A stretch of DNA of 64,000 nucleotides from Tubulanus polymorphus (GCF_964204645.1 NC_134033.1:5046231-5110230), one strand, 5' to 3'; positions 37,813 to 51,778 are shown, counted from the stretch's first letter. The notes: generated from the sequence alone by a model not told the origin. Translations and numbers: made by a program.

Positions 37813-38079
37813 CGCAACGCTGGACTTCAATAGATCACCGATCATCATCTAAGACTCTTTGCGCACCGGAGAATGTCGGAAATTGTAAATAGGCTTAAAT
37901 TACAGTACTATACTATTATATTACAGGTACCAAATCAACCAAAATTGTTCAAATTCAAAACCATTCAAATGTCAAAATAATCCTCTCTTTCATAATTGTT
38001 GTATATAAGCTCCGAATAAATGTTCTCAGTCAGTCAGTATACAGAACCCAGGTCTTGTTACGTCAGTCGTTCACCAACA

Positions 38080-38210
38080 GGCTGGCCGTTCTATTTTTAC
38101 TGATCAACTCGTCTCCGAATCCGCTTCTTTATACAATACTAAATATCGATATGAAATCTAATCGTGAACGCAATAAACGAGGACTAGGATTGACGAAATC
38201 CAGTAAATAA
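38080..38210 (+). pseudogene. Orphan TM7/C-terminal fragment of a GRL101-like receptor
   Basis: Near-identical to 49773-49903 (LAVLFL.INSS.NPLLYTIL.IDMKS.RERNKR.LGLT..SK*). Confidence 0.9.
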
Positions 38211-40104
38211 ACAATATAACGCTGCATCTATATTCACGTAGTCACGTTCGAATCCGATCCGTTGAAACCGTTTCCTTTTTCCAAAACGTTACGATTCAAA
38301 TTTCTCGAATCGATTAATGTTCTTACGAGATAAAGAATAATTCAAGCAATGCGTATTTTTAAGTAATCATCTCAAGTCGATTTAATCGATTTCTAAAAAT
38401 CCGGTTTAGTTACTGTTTATTCAACTCACGAAAAATACCAGACCACCTGATATCTCTACTTTTAGTGGTTTTTCACATAAATTGAAAATAATTTGACATT
38501 AGAAATAGTAGTTTAATTGGAAATGAACCAGAAATTCTTCTATTTTTTTAAGAATAGTTTGATAAATTTCTGGAGTTGTTGGGAATAGAAACTACTCTCA
38601 AATAGGAGATGGAGTCCAGTTTGAAAATAGGGGAAAATTAGCTTTTCGACTTCGAAAATAGAAATTTATATGAAAATAACCTATAATTTCAACCGATTTT
38701 GAGAGGTTCTTTTTGATATTTTTGGTGAAGCTCTTTAAATAGTAAAAACTACTCTCAAATAGTATTCGTTGTCAGATATGCAAACTAAATCAGTTCGATC
38801 ATACAGATCTGAGCAAATGTATTTTTTTCAGTAAACCTTAATCGTTTGTGCTAAATATATGCGTCTTAGAAAGTGGTCCAATCTAGACTTACATTGACTG
38901 GTAACGCTTTATGACGGTTTCTTTTTCCTACGAAAATATTGAACAAACTTCTGTTTACTTTTTTGAAAACAGTTTTTTAATTTCAAGCGTAAACAACAAC
39001 TACATAATAACTAAACACACAAATCATCGATTCTGTAATTCTAGTTTTAGTTCAGTAGAGCGCGGTTCATTAGTTCAAACGAAATTTACCGAATACATAT
39101 TTCGTTGCCTATTTAGCTACTTCTCGTCATTGTTTCGTTACGGGTTCGAACCCGGAATCCGGTGCAGATCGTGGACGGGTCTTGTTTCCCTGAACAGCAG
39201 GAAGAATGTTTATCTCATTATCAATGAAAAGTAGGTATCCAAAAATGCATGATAGAAATAGGATATTGGTGATAGTTTGGACAGAGCCATAAAGACTGTT
39301 GAATCAGTAAGGTCAGTCGGATCCTCAGCCAGGCAGGGCATCATTATATATAAGAAACTGAGTGGTGATAAAAGTCGAACCTCTTTTTGGAACTGGATCG
39401 TGACTGGACGAGATAGGACGGACTGACAACTTGTTCTCGGAAACGTTTTTTTAGCTTGATTGTTCAGTGCTCAACGCTCATTGTTGCTCGTTTAAGATCC
39501 ATGCTTATTATAACGATGGTAGATTATAAAGGTACAAACTGATGTTCGAGCAAAGTTGCATGCAGGTTTTAAGCCGTCGACCTAGGTACAACAATATTTT
39601 AGCCACGGTCAGTGATAACAATATGATTCGATTTTCGGATAAGTGTTTACACTGGAAGTCCATTTGTCGATGTCTTCAATGAATGAAATAGATATTTTAA
39701 ACAGAAATGAACGAAGCGTATTAGCTCAATCTACGGGCTTCGCATAATGCCCTTTGGCTCATCGTACATTTTCGGTTTTTGCCAAGGGCAACGTCTTCTT
39801 CTTACGAACTAGCGCTTTGCGATAAACCACAATCCAGTCTCAGGACAACTCAACACAGCTGCTGGGCTGTGTGGTAATCAAGAATTTGATTCTAACAATG
39901 ATGGATCTTCCTTTTAGTGCCCTGAGGTAAGAAATTGGTGAGCTTTTGTCATAATCCAGTAAAAATGTTAGTAAACTCGTGACAGTGACCAATAGTGACA
40001 AAATAAAGCATTTTTTGATTCTGACGTTGGTCTTTAATTTGTTTCACAAATTATAGGGCAAACTTTTCAATATCATGTTGCCACACGTACGTAGCATACA
40101 TGCT

Positions 40105-40395
40105 TTACAAGCAACATTTCCCAGCAAGGGAAGGGCAACAACTCTGGTCTAAAGAGAAAAACCAATACGTTCCCCACTGGCTGTTGCACAGGCATTTAAT
40201 TCCTCTCTTTTGAAAGTCAACTTCTGAAAAAAAAAACACGAAGCGTTAAATGGAATTGAAAACAGTATGAAAAATAATTTAATCTGATTGCATGTGTGAA
40301 CCCGATGATTTTCAAGAATTACCTTCATTTGCGGCGGTAATCGCTCCAATGACCATAAACAAGGCCAAGGCGATGAACAGAGTTTTAGTGAACAT
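40105..40395 (-). CDS. Secreted prepropeptide with an APETx/BDS-like (beta-defensin-fold) six-cysteine mature peptide, 63 aa
   Basis: Exon 40395-40323 encodes MFTKTLFIALALFMVIGAITAANE+G with donor gtaatt (phase 1). A 99-nt intron ends in a long T tract + cag. Exon 40223-40105 continues EVDFQKR-GIKCLCNSQWGTYWFFSLDQSCCPSLAGKCCL*. ATTAAA lies on the minus strand at 40038-40033. Confidence 0.88.
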
Positions 40396-42199
40396 ACTGA
40401 AATACGTTACAGTGTTACATAAGATAAAAAAGAGTAACAAATTCATAGTTCCTGTGATGAAATACGGGATCAGTCGAAATGAGTGAACTAAAACCTCACA
40501 ACTCAAAAACTGACCAAAAACAATTATGGGAGAACTGGATCCGCAGTCAAATAGCCGATTCAACTGAAGTGGGTCAGAATCAGATAGAACTCACGCTACT
40601 TGTGAAATTGGAACCGTGAACCATTTCAGTAGCGAATGATAAAACACACCAGAAAATTAATTGGTTACAAATCGCGGAGCTGTACATACCTTGTCGTGTG
40701 AATCGAGCAAACAATATTATACAGTATAAAATGCCATTCTTATACATTTTCAAACCATTCATATTCCCCCTGACAAATCATGTGATTTATCATCATAATT
40801 ACTTGTGAACAGAGAACTGCACGTAGAGCCTTGCGTCATTAAACACTCTAGAATTAGCGATCAGAAAGTGAAAATTCAAACTCCACACAGTAGCTGCCTT
40901 ATGCGGTAATCTATTTGTTTCTTACAATGGGGGATCTACCTTTTAGGGCCCTCTTGGTTTACCCCTGACTTAAGAAAATTCACGATTCTGACAATTGGGA
41001 TCATAAATGGACTATACGTATTTCAATGACTTTACATAAACTATTAGTATGGATTATATACTTCTAACCGATGTTACCGATATTTCAATGAAAAAGCAAT
41101 ATGTATCCGACATTAGACTGAGCAGATTATCTCGGACTGATATCATTAATCGCCGTTACTTATTCAAATATCCATAAATGAGATTTCAGAATACTATTAA
41201 TAATCCTATACAATGCATGATTTTGACCAATCATTATCCGTCGTTTAGTGATATCAGATTATGAACGGATTATATAATATTCAACTACTCGGCGTCAACC
41301 ATTAATACGGATTATATTTCATAGGCCGTTGATTTGATAGATATTATTTATGCATCCGACTAAGTAGCTGATTATTCTAGACTGATATCACCAATCATAC
41401 TTTATATAACTAATCATACTTTACATAACATATCTCACTATCCACAGGTCTATACATTGTTTGATATGAACGATTTCCACAATCGACGACTAATCTCGAG
41501 TTGAGACATCGAACAAGACTTTCGTTTGACTGATCGTTGACCTATAAATTCAACTTTATACCCTCTTCTACCCCCTTACATTCTGACCCTAGATATAGAT
41601 AAAATCAGCCGGGCGCGACGCAAATTCAAACAAGAGGACCATACGGTACATATTTTCGAAGATAGTGTTTTAAATTGAGTAAATAGTAGTGAGTGGATGC
41701 ATGAGGGGAGATGTCAGTTTTTATCAGCGAAAACTAATTCACGTTTCCAACAAAGAATTGATGATTAGTTCCCTAAAGACATAATAGTGTTCTTATTTTA
41801 GTTTATTTCAATGAGAAGATCTATTTCGATAATGAAATGCGTGGCTGGCGATGTACTGTACTGGTAATAGCACATAGGCCTAATCTGCCTTCCCTACAAA
41901 ACATAGTGTAATCGCCCAACCATACATAACCCATCCTCGTTTCGATGATGGTATAGTCCACACAATAAGCCAATGAAGCCAGTGTTCTCGCTGTGTGTGA
42001 GATGTTTTAATGAATGAATGGAGTTCATGTGACAGACACTACTACTGAGTGGTAGTTTTAATTACGGAAAAGAACACGTGATAACACAAGAATGCACTTA
42101 AATTGGCTCCAAAAATCCTCAAAACTTCTCCCTTTGAGCTTCACGCCTGATGTGTTCGTTATTATATCTTTTTTTCTTCTACGCGCGCCGTACAGTTTA

Positions 42200-43412
42200 T
42201 TTTTCGTCAATCTGGGTCGGCTTGTGTTAGCCTCGCTATGTGTATACAGCACTGCTGTCTCTAGCCCCCTACATGTGCTAACTCGAGGTATTCCCGATAG
42301 TACAACATCTTCGCATTACCGCTTATTTTCATGGAGAAAATCCCTCACTCGCAATGCTTTCAAAAAATAAAATCCGGGCTAGCGACAGACATACCCTGCA
42401 CAGACAACCCTTTCGATCCTCTCCAGTGTAAACCACGAACTGCGCAGTTTCCATGCACTACTTACAAATGTATTAGTACGCGAGCACCTGTGAGGATAGT
42501 GATGGGGATAACACTTCAGTGCTGAGTAAAACCGATATAGACAATTCACTGACAGGTAGGCCCTTCATGCGCCTCAAAAATTTCCATAATTCATCATTAT
42601 TTTGGAAACCTCACTACATGATAGTAATAGCTAGGATCATGGATACAGGCAAATGTCGCGTTACAGACAATTGTTTATCGGATTATCAGTTCTATATAAT
42701 ACAGCATTATGGGACTATATTCATGGCAGTAGAGATACTATGTATGGGTGTTTTTCGGTGAGCGGCGGGATTTTCACAAGCGACGATGCCTATATGTTCC
42801 TCGACCATAAACATGAGAACAATACATTTCAAAGATAAAAACTTATGATTTGGAATCAATTACTATTTTTACATTAAATTTTTATTCAAAAGCACTTCTC
42901 GAATATTTTTGTAATCAAAAGTATCAACCTATCAACGATATTTGCTTTTCAGTTTGGGGCTGCTTTTTGTCACCAGTTTATGCTGCATTCATCATCGATC
43001 AGAATGAAAATATTTATATCGTGAAGAAAAGAATCAAAAGTAGAACTTGGAATTACATTCAAAATGATTTTCAAAATAAAAGCGAATCGTATAAAAAGTA
43101 ACACAACTACTATCCATTGGATTAGGGCGCACTCAAAAACGTAGGAAGTTGATTTACCTCCGTAAAACTCATTACAATATTCATCCGCTCACCCAGTTGT
43201 GGATTACACGTAAACCTGATATACACACGCCTTCTAAAGCGTGAGATGCACTTTTGATTAGATGAACCAATAATGACACATACATGTATGTACCGATATA
43301 CTACATTTTGTGATTTATATAACGAAAAATTTTTAATCACAGGCAAAAAGTCGATAAACATCCATTGAGTTTATTAAGGAACTTGGTCAGGGTTTTTTTA
43401 TTCTAATATTGG
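42200..43412 (+). pseudogene. Possible degenerate 5' part of the GRL101-like gene (signal-peptide-like and CUB-like remnants)
   Basis: RLVLASLCVYSTAVSS resembles the end of a signal peptide. NYYPLD*...IFIRSPSCGLHVNLIY...TCMYRYTTFCD resembles a CUB core. Ends at a gtaaat donor. Many stops. Confidence 0.3.
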
Positions 43413-44039
43413 GTAAATTACATATTTGGATGCAAAAGCCTTAAGTAGAAGAATATGAAACGTGGTTTCTGTATTGTAGGTGGCGCTACTGGAAAACTTA
43501 AGAAATTACCTTGTAAAATAGTATTTGTTCGATGATTACAGATGCTGAACTGATATTATAAATTGCACTCAACTTTTTAGAACACGAGAGAGGTCACCTG
43601 TCTTAGAAAACTAAACAATTGACTATAATATATTTAAGAATATAAATGAAACCAGTTTATTGATTATCAAGTTACGATTGTTTCGAATTCTAAACTCTAA
43701 ATCTCAACTCTACCCCCACTCACTCCACTAGTTACATATATCATTACACGGACGTGCGGGTAATTACTGTCATACATCACGTGATTAAACAGATAAAACG
43801 TGTTCAATCACCACAACTAGATTATCAATGATAAAAATGAAAAAAATGCATTTTTGAAATTTTGACGGTATGGAAAGATTATTCGGCGAAATTTTCAAAC
43901 CTTAAAACGATAAATAAAGAAACTTTAAGACTTGAATATGTGGTTTAAAGTTATCGGCATCTGTCACAGTCCGTTAGAACATTTTTTCGATGATCAATTT
44001 TGATTATGTTTTGATAAAAGCTAAATCATGATTTTCCAA

Positions 44040-47000
44040 GCATTTAGTTGGTACATACGCTATCAGTGGAATAGTGTTTCTTCAAAAAGATCCCGCCGAA
44101 CAAGACCTAACACGCCACATTCAGATAGATACATGCGCTTCACTTAGCTTCAACTCAGTTATTATATTGACTGAAGAGTGAATTGTCGAAACAGATATTG
44201 ATCGGGATGCCAGACGGGTTTGCAATGAATTTAACGTTTATACAGATAGATTTCAGATTATATCCTGGAAAGGATCCAATGAAAACTCGTCCTCAAATTT
44301 ACGACGGATGGAACAGCACCAGTGAACCTATAGCTCTTATACGAGAACAAACCGGGCATCCACCTTCATCGTTTTATACTAAAACCAATAAAGCACGTTT
44401 TGCGTTCATTTCAAATAGATGGTCGTTTACGTCGCAGTTACTCGTGCAAGTTTACAAAATATGAGATTGGAACATCTCTAACCCGTTAATTCAAGTCTAT
44501 AATAAATCAGGACTGCTCACTACAATTGATGGAATACCACATATAGTAACTCAGTCTAAACACTTATACTGCTGGTCTACCACAGTCGATGTTCTGCAGT
44601 ACGTCGTCTTTAACTGGACACGTGATCTCGTCTCGTCACCAGGTGTCGTTGGGTTATATAAACAGGAAGGGTTACGTATTGTGAGAACTGATATTTTACT
44701 CAGTTTTAACCATCTTAAATCTCTGTGTGTAAAATCAGACGGATTTCTCGTGATTCTGTGCGTTCTAACGACATCGGATTTTTTAAGATCGAATTTGAAA
44801 ATAGAATTTGAAGTGAAATCAATGACAATATCAGACGTCTACGTCAACAAGCCATGGATATCGGTAAGTTTTGTATAACGGTTTTTTTCAAATTAATTTT
44901 GATTAATAGTATTAATTTAGATTTTGATTATCATCTTGACGCATTTGAAATCTGCCATAAACACGTTACGTTAATTTTTGACAAATCCATGAAATAAACG
45001 GATAATGAATACCATAGTAACAATGAACTCTCATTTGTCATTATGTCAACTACCCACTGGTTAACACTAGCGAAACCTCGAACGTTTGGTCCAATAAATA
45101 CATGTTTACACAAACTAATTTATAATTACTTGGAGAATTGCAACTCCTCAAAATATCATCGATATTCTTTCGTTATATTCGAAATTATCCCTTTGTTAAC
45201 ATGCAATGTTTTAATCAATCATCTTATATTTTAGAGATCAAACGCATTGACACGTTTAACAGCTTATCGACTGTTCCCGAGTTCAAAGAATACACTGTAT
45301 CGTGTTACTACATTACACGTAAACTGGAAAGTGAACATCTATGAAGAACAGTTGAAGCTAACAGTGCTATCAGAAAACTGTGATCGAGCTGGTTTTTATA
45401 TATATTTGATGGTAGTAATTTCACAGCTAGAAGCTATGGTCCGTGTTGTCCTGGTTCATACTACGGTCGATCTGTCGTCAGCCTGATTACATCAGGTGGA
45501 CCGGTTACTGTAGTAGCATACGCTTATTACTATAACAATCAGTTAACAGTTGGTAGCTCATCTCTAGAATTTGCTCCTACTGATTGTGATGGTTATGTTC
45601 TACAGGAAGAAGAACGTGAAATCAATATGACGTCACACTGTCTCGTGATTACACCTGAAAATCGACGCCATCGCTTGAAAAATATCCACATATTATCAGA
45701 ACACGAATATCAAATTGACCGATGTTTTCTCAAGATGTCTTGGTCATGTGATCAGTTTCTGAGTTTGAGTAATCAGTTTCGTAATAACAGTCTCGTATTA
45801 AACACCGTAGATTTCACAGTTAATGAGATTGGATTCTGGCAGAGACCACTAATAGTTACACTACGTCCTAAATGTTTAGGAGTGAAAAGGCGATATTTTG
45901 GATTTGCCAGCCCCCCTCTTGTCAGCTGGACTAAAGATAATTGTGGACTTGTGCAGTCACCGAACTACCCGGGCTGGTCAGGAGGTGCACCAGAAACTAT
46001 TTCCTATCAATTTAAAAACCCGATACATCAAAATATATTTCAATATTACCGATTTATTGTCAAATTTATCGGATCAGTTTCATGCCAAACAAGCGTTAGG
46101 AACGCGGATGATCCAATTTTGTTCATACAAGTGATAGGTTACAACATTTTCTTTAATGGAAAATATTTCAAAAATATTGAAGCCAAACATGAAATTAGAA
46201 TATGTGAAAATAACGCTGCGCGGGGACTTATATTTTATAGCTTGACAGATAATTCCCTGCTTTTTGAAGTGAAGAATAAAATTCCCACCTTTCAAATACA
46301 ATATACTTTACGCGAGTCGTTACCGATTAAACATTTCGATGATTTCTACTGTAAACAAGGATTTCAAGATTCAGGAATTTCCTGCATCAAATTCATCAGA
46401 GATGAACGTCTGAATTGGGAGAACGCTGAAATATACTGTAGACAGAAGTACGCGGGACATCTACTCAGTATTAACTCAGAACAGGAAATGATTTCCATCA
46501 AAAGATTATTCGCAACAGAACTTCTCCGAATGGCGTACACATTAAAAGCGCTCATAATGATGATTGGATTAAAATGGCAGGTAATACACAAATGTACACA
46601 AATATGAATTAGAGAAAAGATATTTGAAAGTAATAATCATTTTCTTTTTTTCGCGAAACAGAATGGTTATTACATGGACTGACGGTAAACCATTGAGCTA
46701 CACAGAGTGGTATAAACCTGTTATTAATGAAACGATACCAGAAGTTATTCGAGGATTGATATCTCCGCTGAGAAAACAACCGATAAAGGACGTCAATATG
46801 CCGTGTACGGCGATGATACTGAATAATCCACGAGGATCAGCGAACTGGGTTCGATTCCCGTGTCAAATCGAGGAGACGAACACGACATTCATTTGTGAAT
46901 CTGAGAGAATCGACATCAAAAACAAACACAATTCAACGATAAACGATGCGAACAATTCAATAAATACAGACTTAAATAAAACCATTGAACAAACGATTCC

Positions 47001-49903
47001 CGATGTTGATTTAATTAACTCAACCTGTCCAAGAGGTTGGGTAACCATTTCTGGATAATGTTATCAAATACTAACCGACTGGAAAAACAATCGAGGTTTG
47101 AATATTCGGAGTGCTAGAGAAATGTGTCACAGTATCCGCGCAGAAATAGTAAGAATCACCTCAAATAGAGAAATAGATATGAACAATTTGATCAGCGAAT
47201 TTCGATATCGACATCAAGATGGCGATATACTGACAATGGACCGTGACGGATTCAAAGTTATCGAACCACTGGTGACCAGAAATGAAATTACTTATATTCA
47301 ATCAGTTAAATGGTTATTTAAACCTTTCGATAATACAAAAGATAATGTGCATTCCGTGTTGTGTACCTATAATGTAACTGATGAAGAGTTAGCTTCTGGA
47401 AGCGGTTGTAAATCGCGGCAGTTTGAATGTAACGATCAAAGATGTATCAGCGACCATCGCGTATGTGATACCAGACACGACTGTCAACACGGTGAAGATG
47501 AACTCAATTGTACGGATATCAATTTACACAGTCAGTTCCGCTGTAACGATGGACAGATTATATCGATTAGCGGTTTCTGTGACTTTATGAGAGATTGCGT
47601 GGATGGCTCGGATGAGAACTCGTGCTATCATCCGCAGTGTTTATATACGCAATATCGCTGTTCCAATCACCAAGGCGTCGATAGTTATAAACGATGTGAC
47701 GGACTAGCCAACTGTAAAGACGGTTCCGATGAGATCGGATGCACTGCCGAACTTTGTCAGGGGTTCTCGTGCGCGGACGGTGAATGTATTAGTTCTCAGT
47801 TGTATCGGGATGGTGCCGTGGATTGTAGCGGAAGTCTCGAAGAAGACGAATTGGTCACTAATATGACAGTGAATCCCGAGATATACTGTAATAATGACAA
47901 TCACTGTACGACTCGTTTCACAGATCTGTGTAAGGAATCGGATGAACAAAGATGTTCGTTCAATTCTCCTCGCTGTTATTCCCGACACGAAAGGTGTATT
48001 TTAGAAAGGATGCCGATTGGTTTCCCGGTATGTAGAAATCTTGAACATATACTCGCGTGTAATGACTTCGAATGCGAGGCTGGTACTGTAAAATGTCTGG
48101 CATCTTACTGTATACCGATCAGACCCGTTTGTGACGGTCGATCCGATTGTCCAAATTCAGAAGATGAACGAAACTGCGAGACTTGGTCGTGTCCGGGAAT
48201 GTTTAAATGTGGCCAGGAAAATCGATGTATTCCGCAATCTGAAGTTTGCGACGGTGTCGTAAATTGTGAACATAACTCGGATGACGAGTCATACTGTAAG
48301 GTCACGTGTCCTGAACGTTGTAATTGCCGGGGTCTTTTCATCGATTGTGAAAATGCTGTTTTATCAGATATTACTGGTCGTTTTATAAAATCAACTCGAG
48401 TTTTGATTTTGTCGAATAACCGAGTCGTATTTAACGAGTCGACGTTCAACTCTTTCATTTATCTTCGTTTTCTCGATATTTCGGGCAATAATTTGTCTTA
48501 CATCGTTCCCAATGCGTTTTCTAATCTAAACAATCTTCACACATTGGACCTTACTCACAACCGCATAGCATCATTATCTGCTAATACATTCGCAGGTTTG
48601 ATCGGTTTAAAAGAACTATTTCTTGTCGGAAATCCGCTGCAACATTTTAAAGACGGTAGTTTTCGAGGTCTGACATCACTTCCTGCCCTTGATCTTCACG
48701 GACTTTCTATATCGGTTCTCGGTGAAAATGTATTTAAAGGTTTATCCACATTACAGTCGTTAAATATCAGCAGTAACAAAATTTTTCTGGATTGGTTGGA
48801 CTTGAAATTCTTGACCTCGTCAACAATTTTTGAGTAATATCCGTAGAAAGAAACGTTCTAGGCGATCTTATATCATTGAAATACTTAGCATCGGATGCTT
48901 ACAAATTCTGCTGCATGGCGCCGAATGTTGACCGATGTCTTCCCGAAGCTGATCAATTTTCAACCTGCTCTGACCTGATGGGTAACACTGTACTGAGAGC
49001 CATCATCTGGATGATCGCATCTTTCAGTTTTCTTGCTAACAGTATCGTTATCTTATTTCGTATTCAAGCTTTGCGGATGAAATCCTCCGGAACACGTAAC
49101 ATATCTTCAGATATCCTCATCATTAATATTGCCGGTTGTGATTTTCTGATGTCGGTCTATTTGTTTTTGATCGCAGGAGCTGACCACGCGTTCAATGGTA
49201 TTTATTATCTGAATTCTGAAACTTGGACGAATAGCTCATTATGCCGTCTCAACCGGGATTATTGTCACCGTTTCGTGCGAAGGTTCCTTAACTTTCCTCT
49301 TAATTCTAACGCGTCAGAGATATTCAAATATCGTCAACCCGTTTTCGGGAAGTCCAATTATAACTCCAATACGTTATCGGTATTTGCTGCATTTGTTGGC
49401 TCGTTATTAGCACAGTTTCTATTCTACCGCTGTCATCGTCGTCTTACTTCGGAGACAATTTTTAAGGTACAACCGGAGTTTGTTTGCCTATGAATTTACT
49501 AACGATTGACGTCAATGGCTGGGACTATTCATTCGCTATTTTTGCCTTGTTTAATGCGGCAATATTGGCTACGATAATGACGACGTACGCTCAGATGTAT
49601 AGACTCGTATCTGGAAGTAGGTCGGGCTCGGGTAGAGCCGATCCTACCGAACTGGTTTTAGCTCGAAGGAGTTTAGTAATCAATCTTTGTAATTTATTTT
49701 GCTGGCTACCGATAATAATCGTTCAGTTTTGCGCCGTATTTTCGGTCGAGATACCGAACCAGGTGGCCGCTTGGCTGGCCGTTCTATTTTTACCGATCAA
49801 CTCGTCTTTGAATCCGCTTCTTTATACAATACTAACTATCGATATGAAATCTATTCGTGAACGCAATAAACGACGACTAGGATTGACGACACCGAGTAAA
49901 TAA
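44040..49903 (+). pseudogene. GRL101-like LGR pseudogene: CUB-like repeats, 2 C-type lectin domains, ~7 LDLa repeats, LRRs, 7TM
   Basis: CUB motifs (FAMNLTF..IYDG; CGLVQSPNYP), CTL motifs (NWENAEIYC..GHLLSINS; CPRGW), LDLa repeats (CDG..DC.DGSDE), LRRNT CPERCNC, hinge DAYKFCC..DQFSTCSDL, and a 7TM ending PINSSLNPLLY. In-frame stops at 44462 (TGA), 47056 (TAA), ~48831 and ~49462. Frameshifts near 45400, 46672, 48782, 49251 and 49381. Confidence 0.9.
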
Positions 49904-51778
49904 ACACTATGAATATATCTATGTTTAATATTTCATGTTTCACCTACGTATCTTATTCAATGAAACGTTTTGATATTCCAAAAAATATGATTATGTTATT
50001 TTAGGACAAAAACCAATCGCAAGCAAACAGATCATTGTCAAAAACAAATAATCTCAATCGATTTTTCATTCAAAGCCTTGTGTAGTGACTCTTTATTCAA
50101 TTCGACAAGAAACATGTCTAGACCTGACCACATGGTATCTGTAATTGTGGTGGAATCTACCAGAGTAATTCGACGTCAAAAATAGTCGTTTAACTAAAAA
50201 TGAACTACTAGAAATTATTCGGATTTTGAAAGTATTTTGATATTGTTCTGAATGGTTCCAAAGCATTTTCTATTAATGAAAGTAAGTGTAGTGAAATGTG
50301 CAAATGGGGAAAAATGACCTTTTGTGACTTGAAAAATAATTAAAATAAAAGTGAACTGTCAATTATTTGGATTTTCAGAGTGTTTTGATATTCTTGGGGA
50401 AGTAAGTTGATCTCATTAAAAAGTAGAAACCACTCTCAAATATTAGTCGTAGACTGGACTTAACAAAGCAAACCAAATCAGTTCGACCAAGCAGGTCTCA
50501 GGAAATAGAATTTTTCAGTAAACGCTATGCGCTTTAGAAAACAGTCAAATCTGAGCCTATAGATTGACTGGTAAAAAGTTACGACGATTTTTTTCTAATG
50601 AAAATATTGAAAATTTGCTAGTTTTTGCAAAACGTTTTTTTTATTTATTTCGAAGACAACAACAATATTAGCTAACCAAAAATATTCGATTCTGCATATT
50701 CGGCTCACTGAAGCGCGTCTCTTAACTCGGAGCGAAGAACTGATAAATGAAGAAATGAGAACACGCGCCATTGAAATGTTATCAGTGTTGTTTATGGTTT
50801 CGTGAAATGTTTTTTTTTCAAATTCGTGATTTTATCGATTTCGTTGCGCGACACGTTCATTGAGAGCTGTGTTTATATGGACTATGGACTGTTTATATGG
50901 ATGGGTTAGAACTGGATGCGCGCCGGACAGACACATTTCAGCACAAACGATAAGTTTAATTGTTTTATACATTGTAACTTACGTATTTAAACAGCAATTA
51001 TCACGTGACTCTAAAACTCTGTTAGCTTTCTGATCAAGTCACTTGCAGCTTTCGTATCCACGAGTTCAAAGGCAGTAACAAATTAGTCAGACAAGAGACA
51101 ACGACAGAAAAAAAGGATGTTTGGTAACGTAAAATGAACCCAATATTATTTTTACTTTTTTAGAATTGTTTCACATCCTACGGAATAGTTAAGAATAGAA
51201 ACTACTCTCAAATAGAAATTTGAAGCCAAATCTGAAAATAGGGAAAAAGGGCCATTTCGACTTCGAAAATAATAGTATTATTGAAGACCAGTTTTTGAGA
51301 GTTACTATAAATATTTTAAGCTCTTTGAAATAGTAGAAACTAGTCTCAAATAGGAAGTCGTTGTCCGATCCGCAACCAATACAGTCGTGGATCAGACGCG
51401 CGAGCAGTGGATGATTTTAAAGAAATTGAAAAATGGCCGAAAACTATGTTTCATGTAGAATTTCTGATTAAAAAATGAGATTTCAAAGAAGCCAACGAAA
51501 AATGAAATGAGTCGAAACGGCGGAAAAATTCGTGCACTAAAGCAAGCGCAGGAGTATTTCGTCGCCATAAAAAACCGTTGCAACAATTTGTGTATACATT
51601 GATACCTAGTTTGAGGGGTTCTGTGTGAGTCGATGCGCACACAGAGCTTGTCTATTTGTAGTTAGATATTAAGAGTTCTGCTTTCTCTGGAGTCACGCAC
51701 TATAATTATATAAACTAGAATAAGGGTTGTAGAGGAGCCTATGTTAACCCGGTTTCCAATCAACAAAACCTAAAACAC

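Noticed and set aside
39720-39930. Exon-like plus-strand stretch ending at a gag/gtaaga donor
   Set aside because: No recognisable product, start codon or partner exon.
42585-42620. IHHYFGNLTT resembling the M1 aminopeptidase HQWFGNLVT motif
   Set aside because: No HEXXH motif, an immediate stop and no flanking similarity; likely chance.
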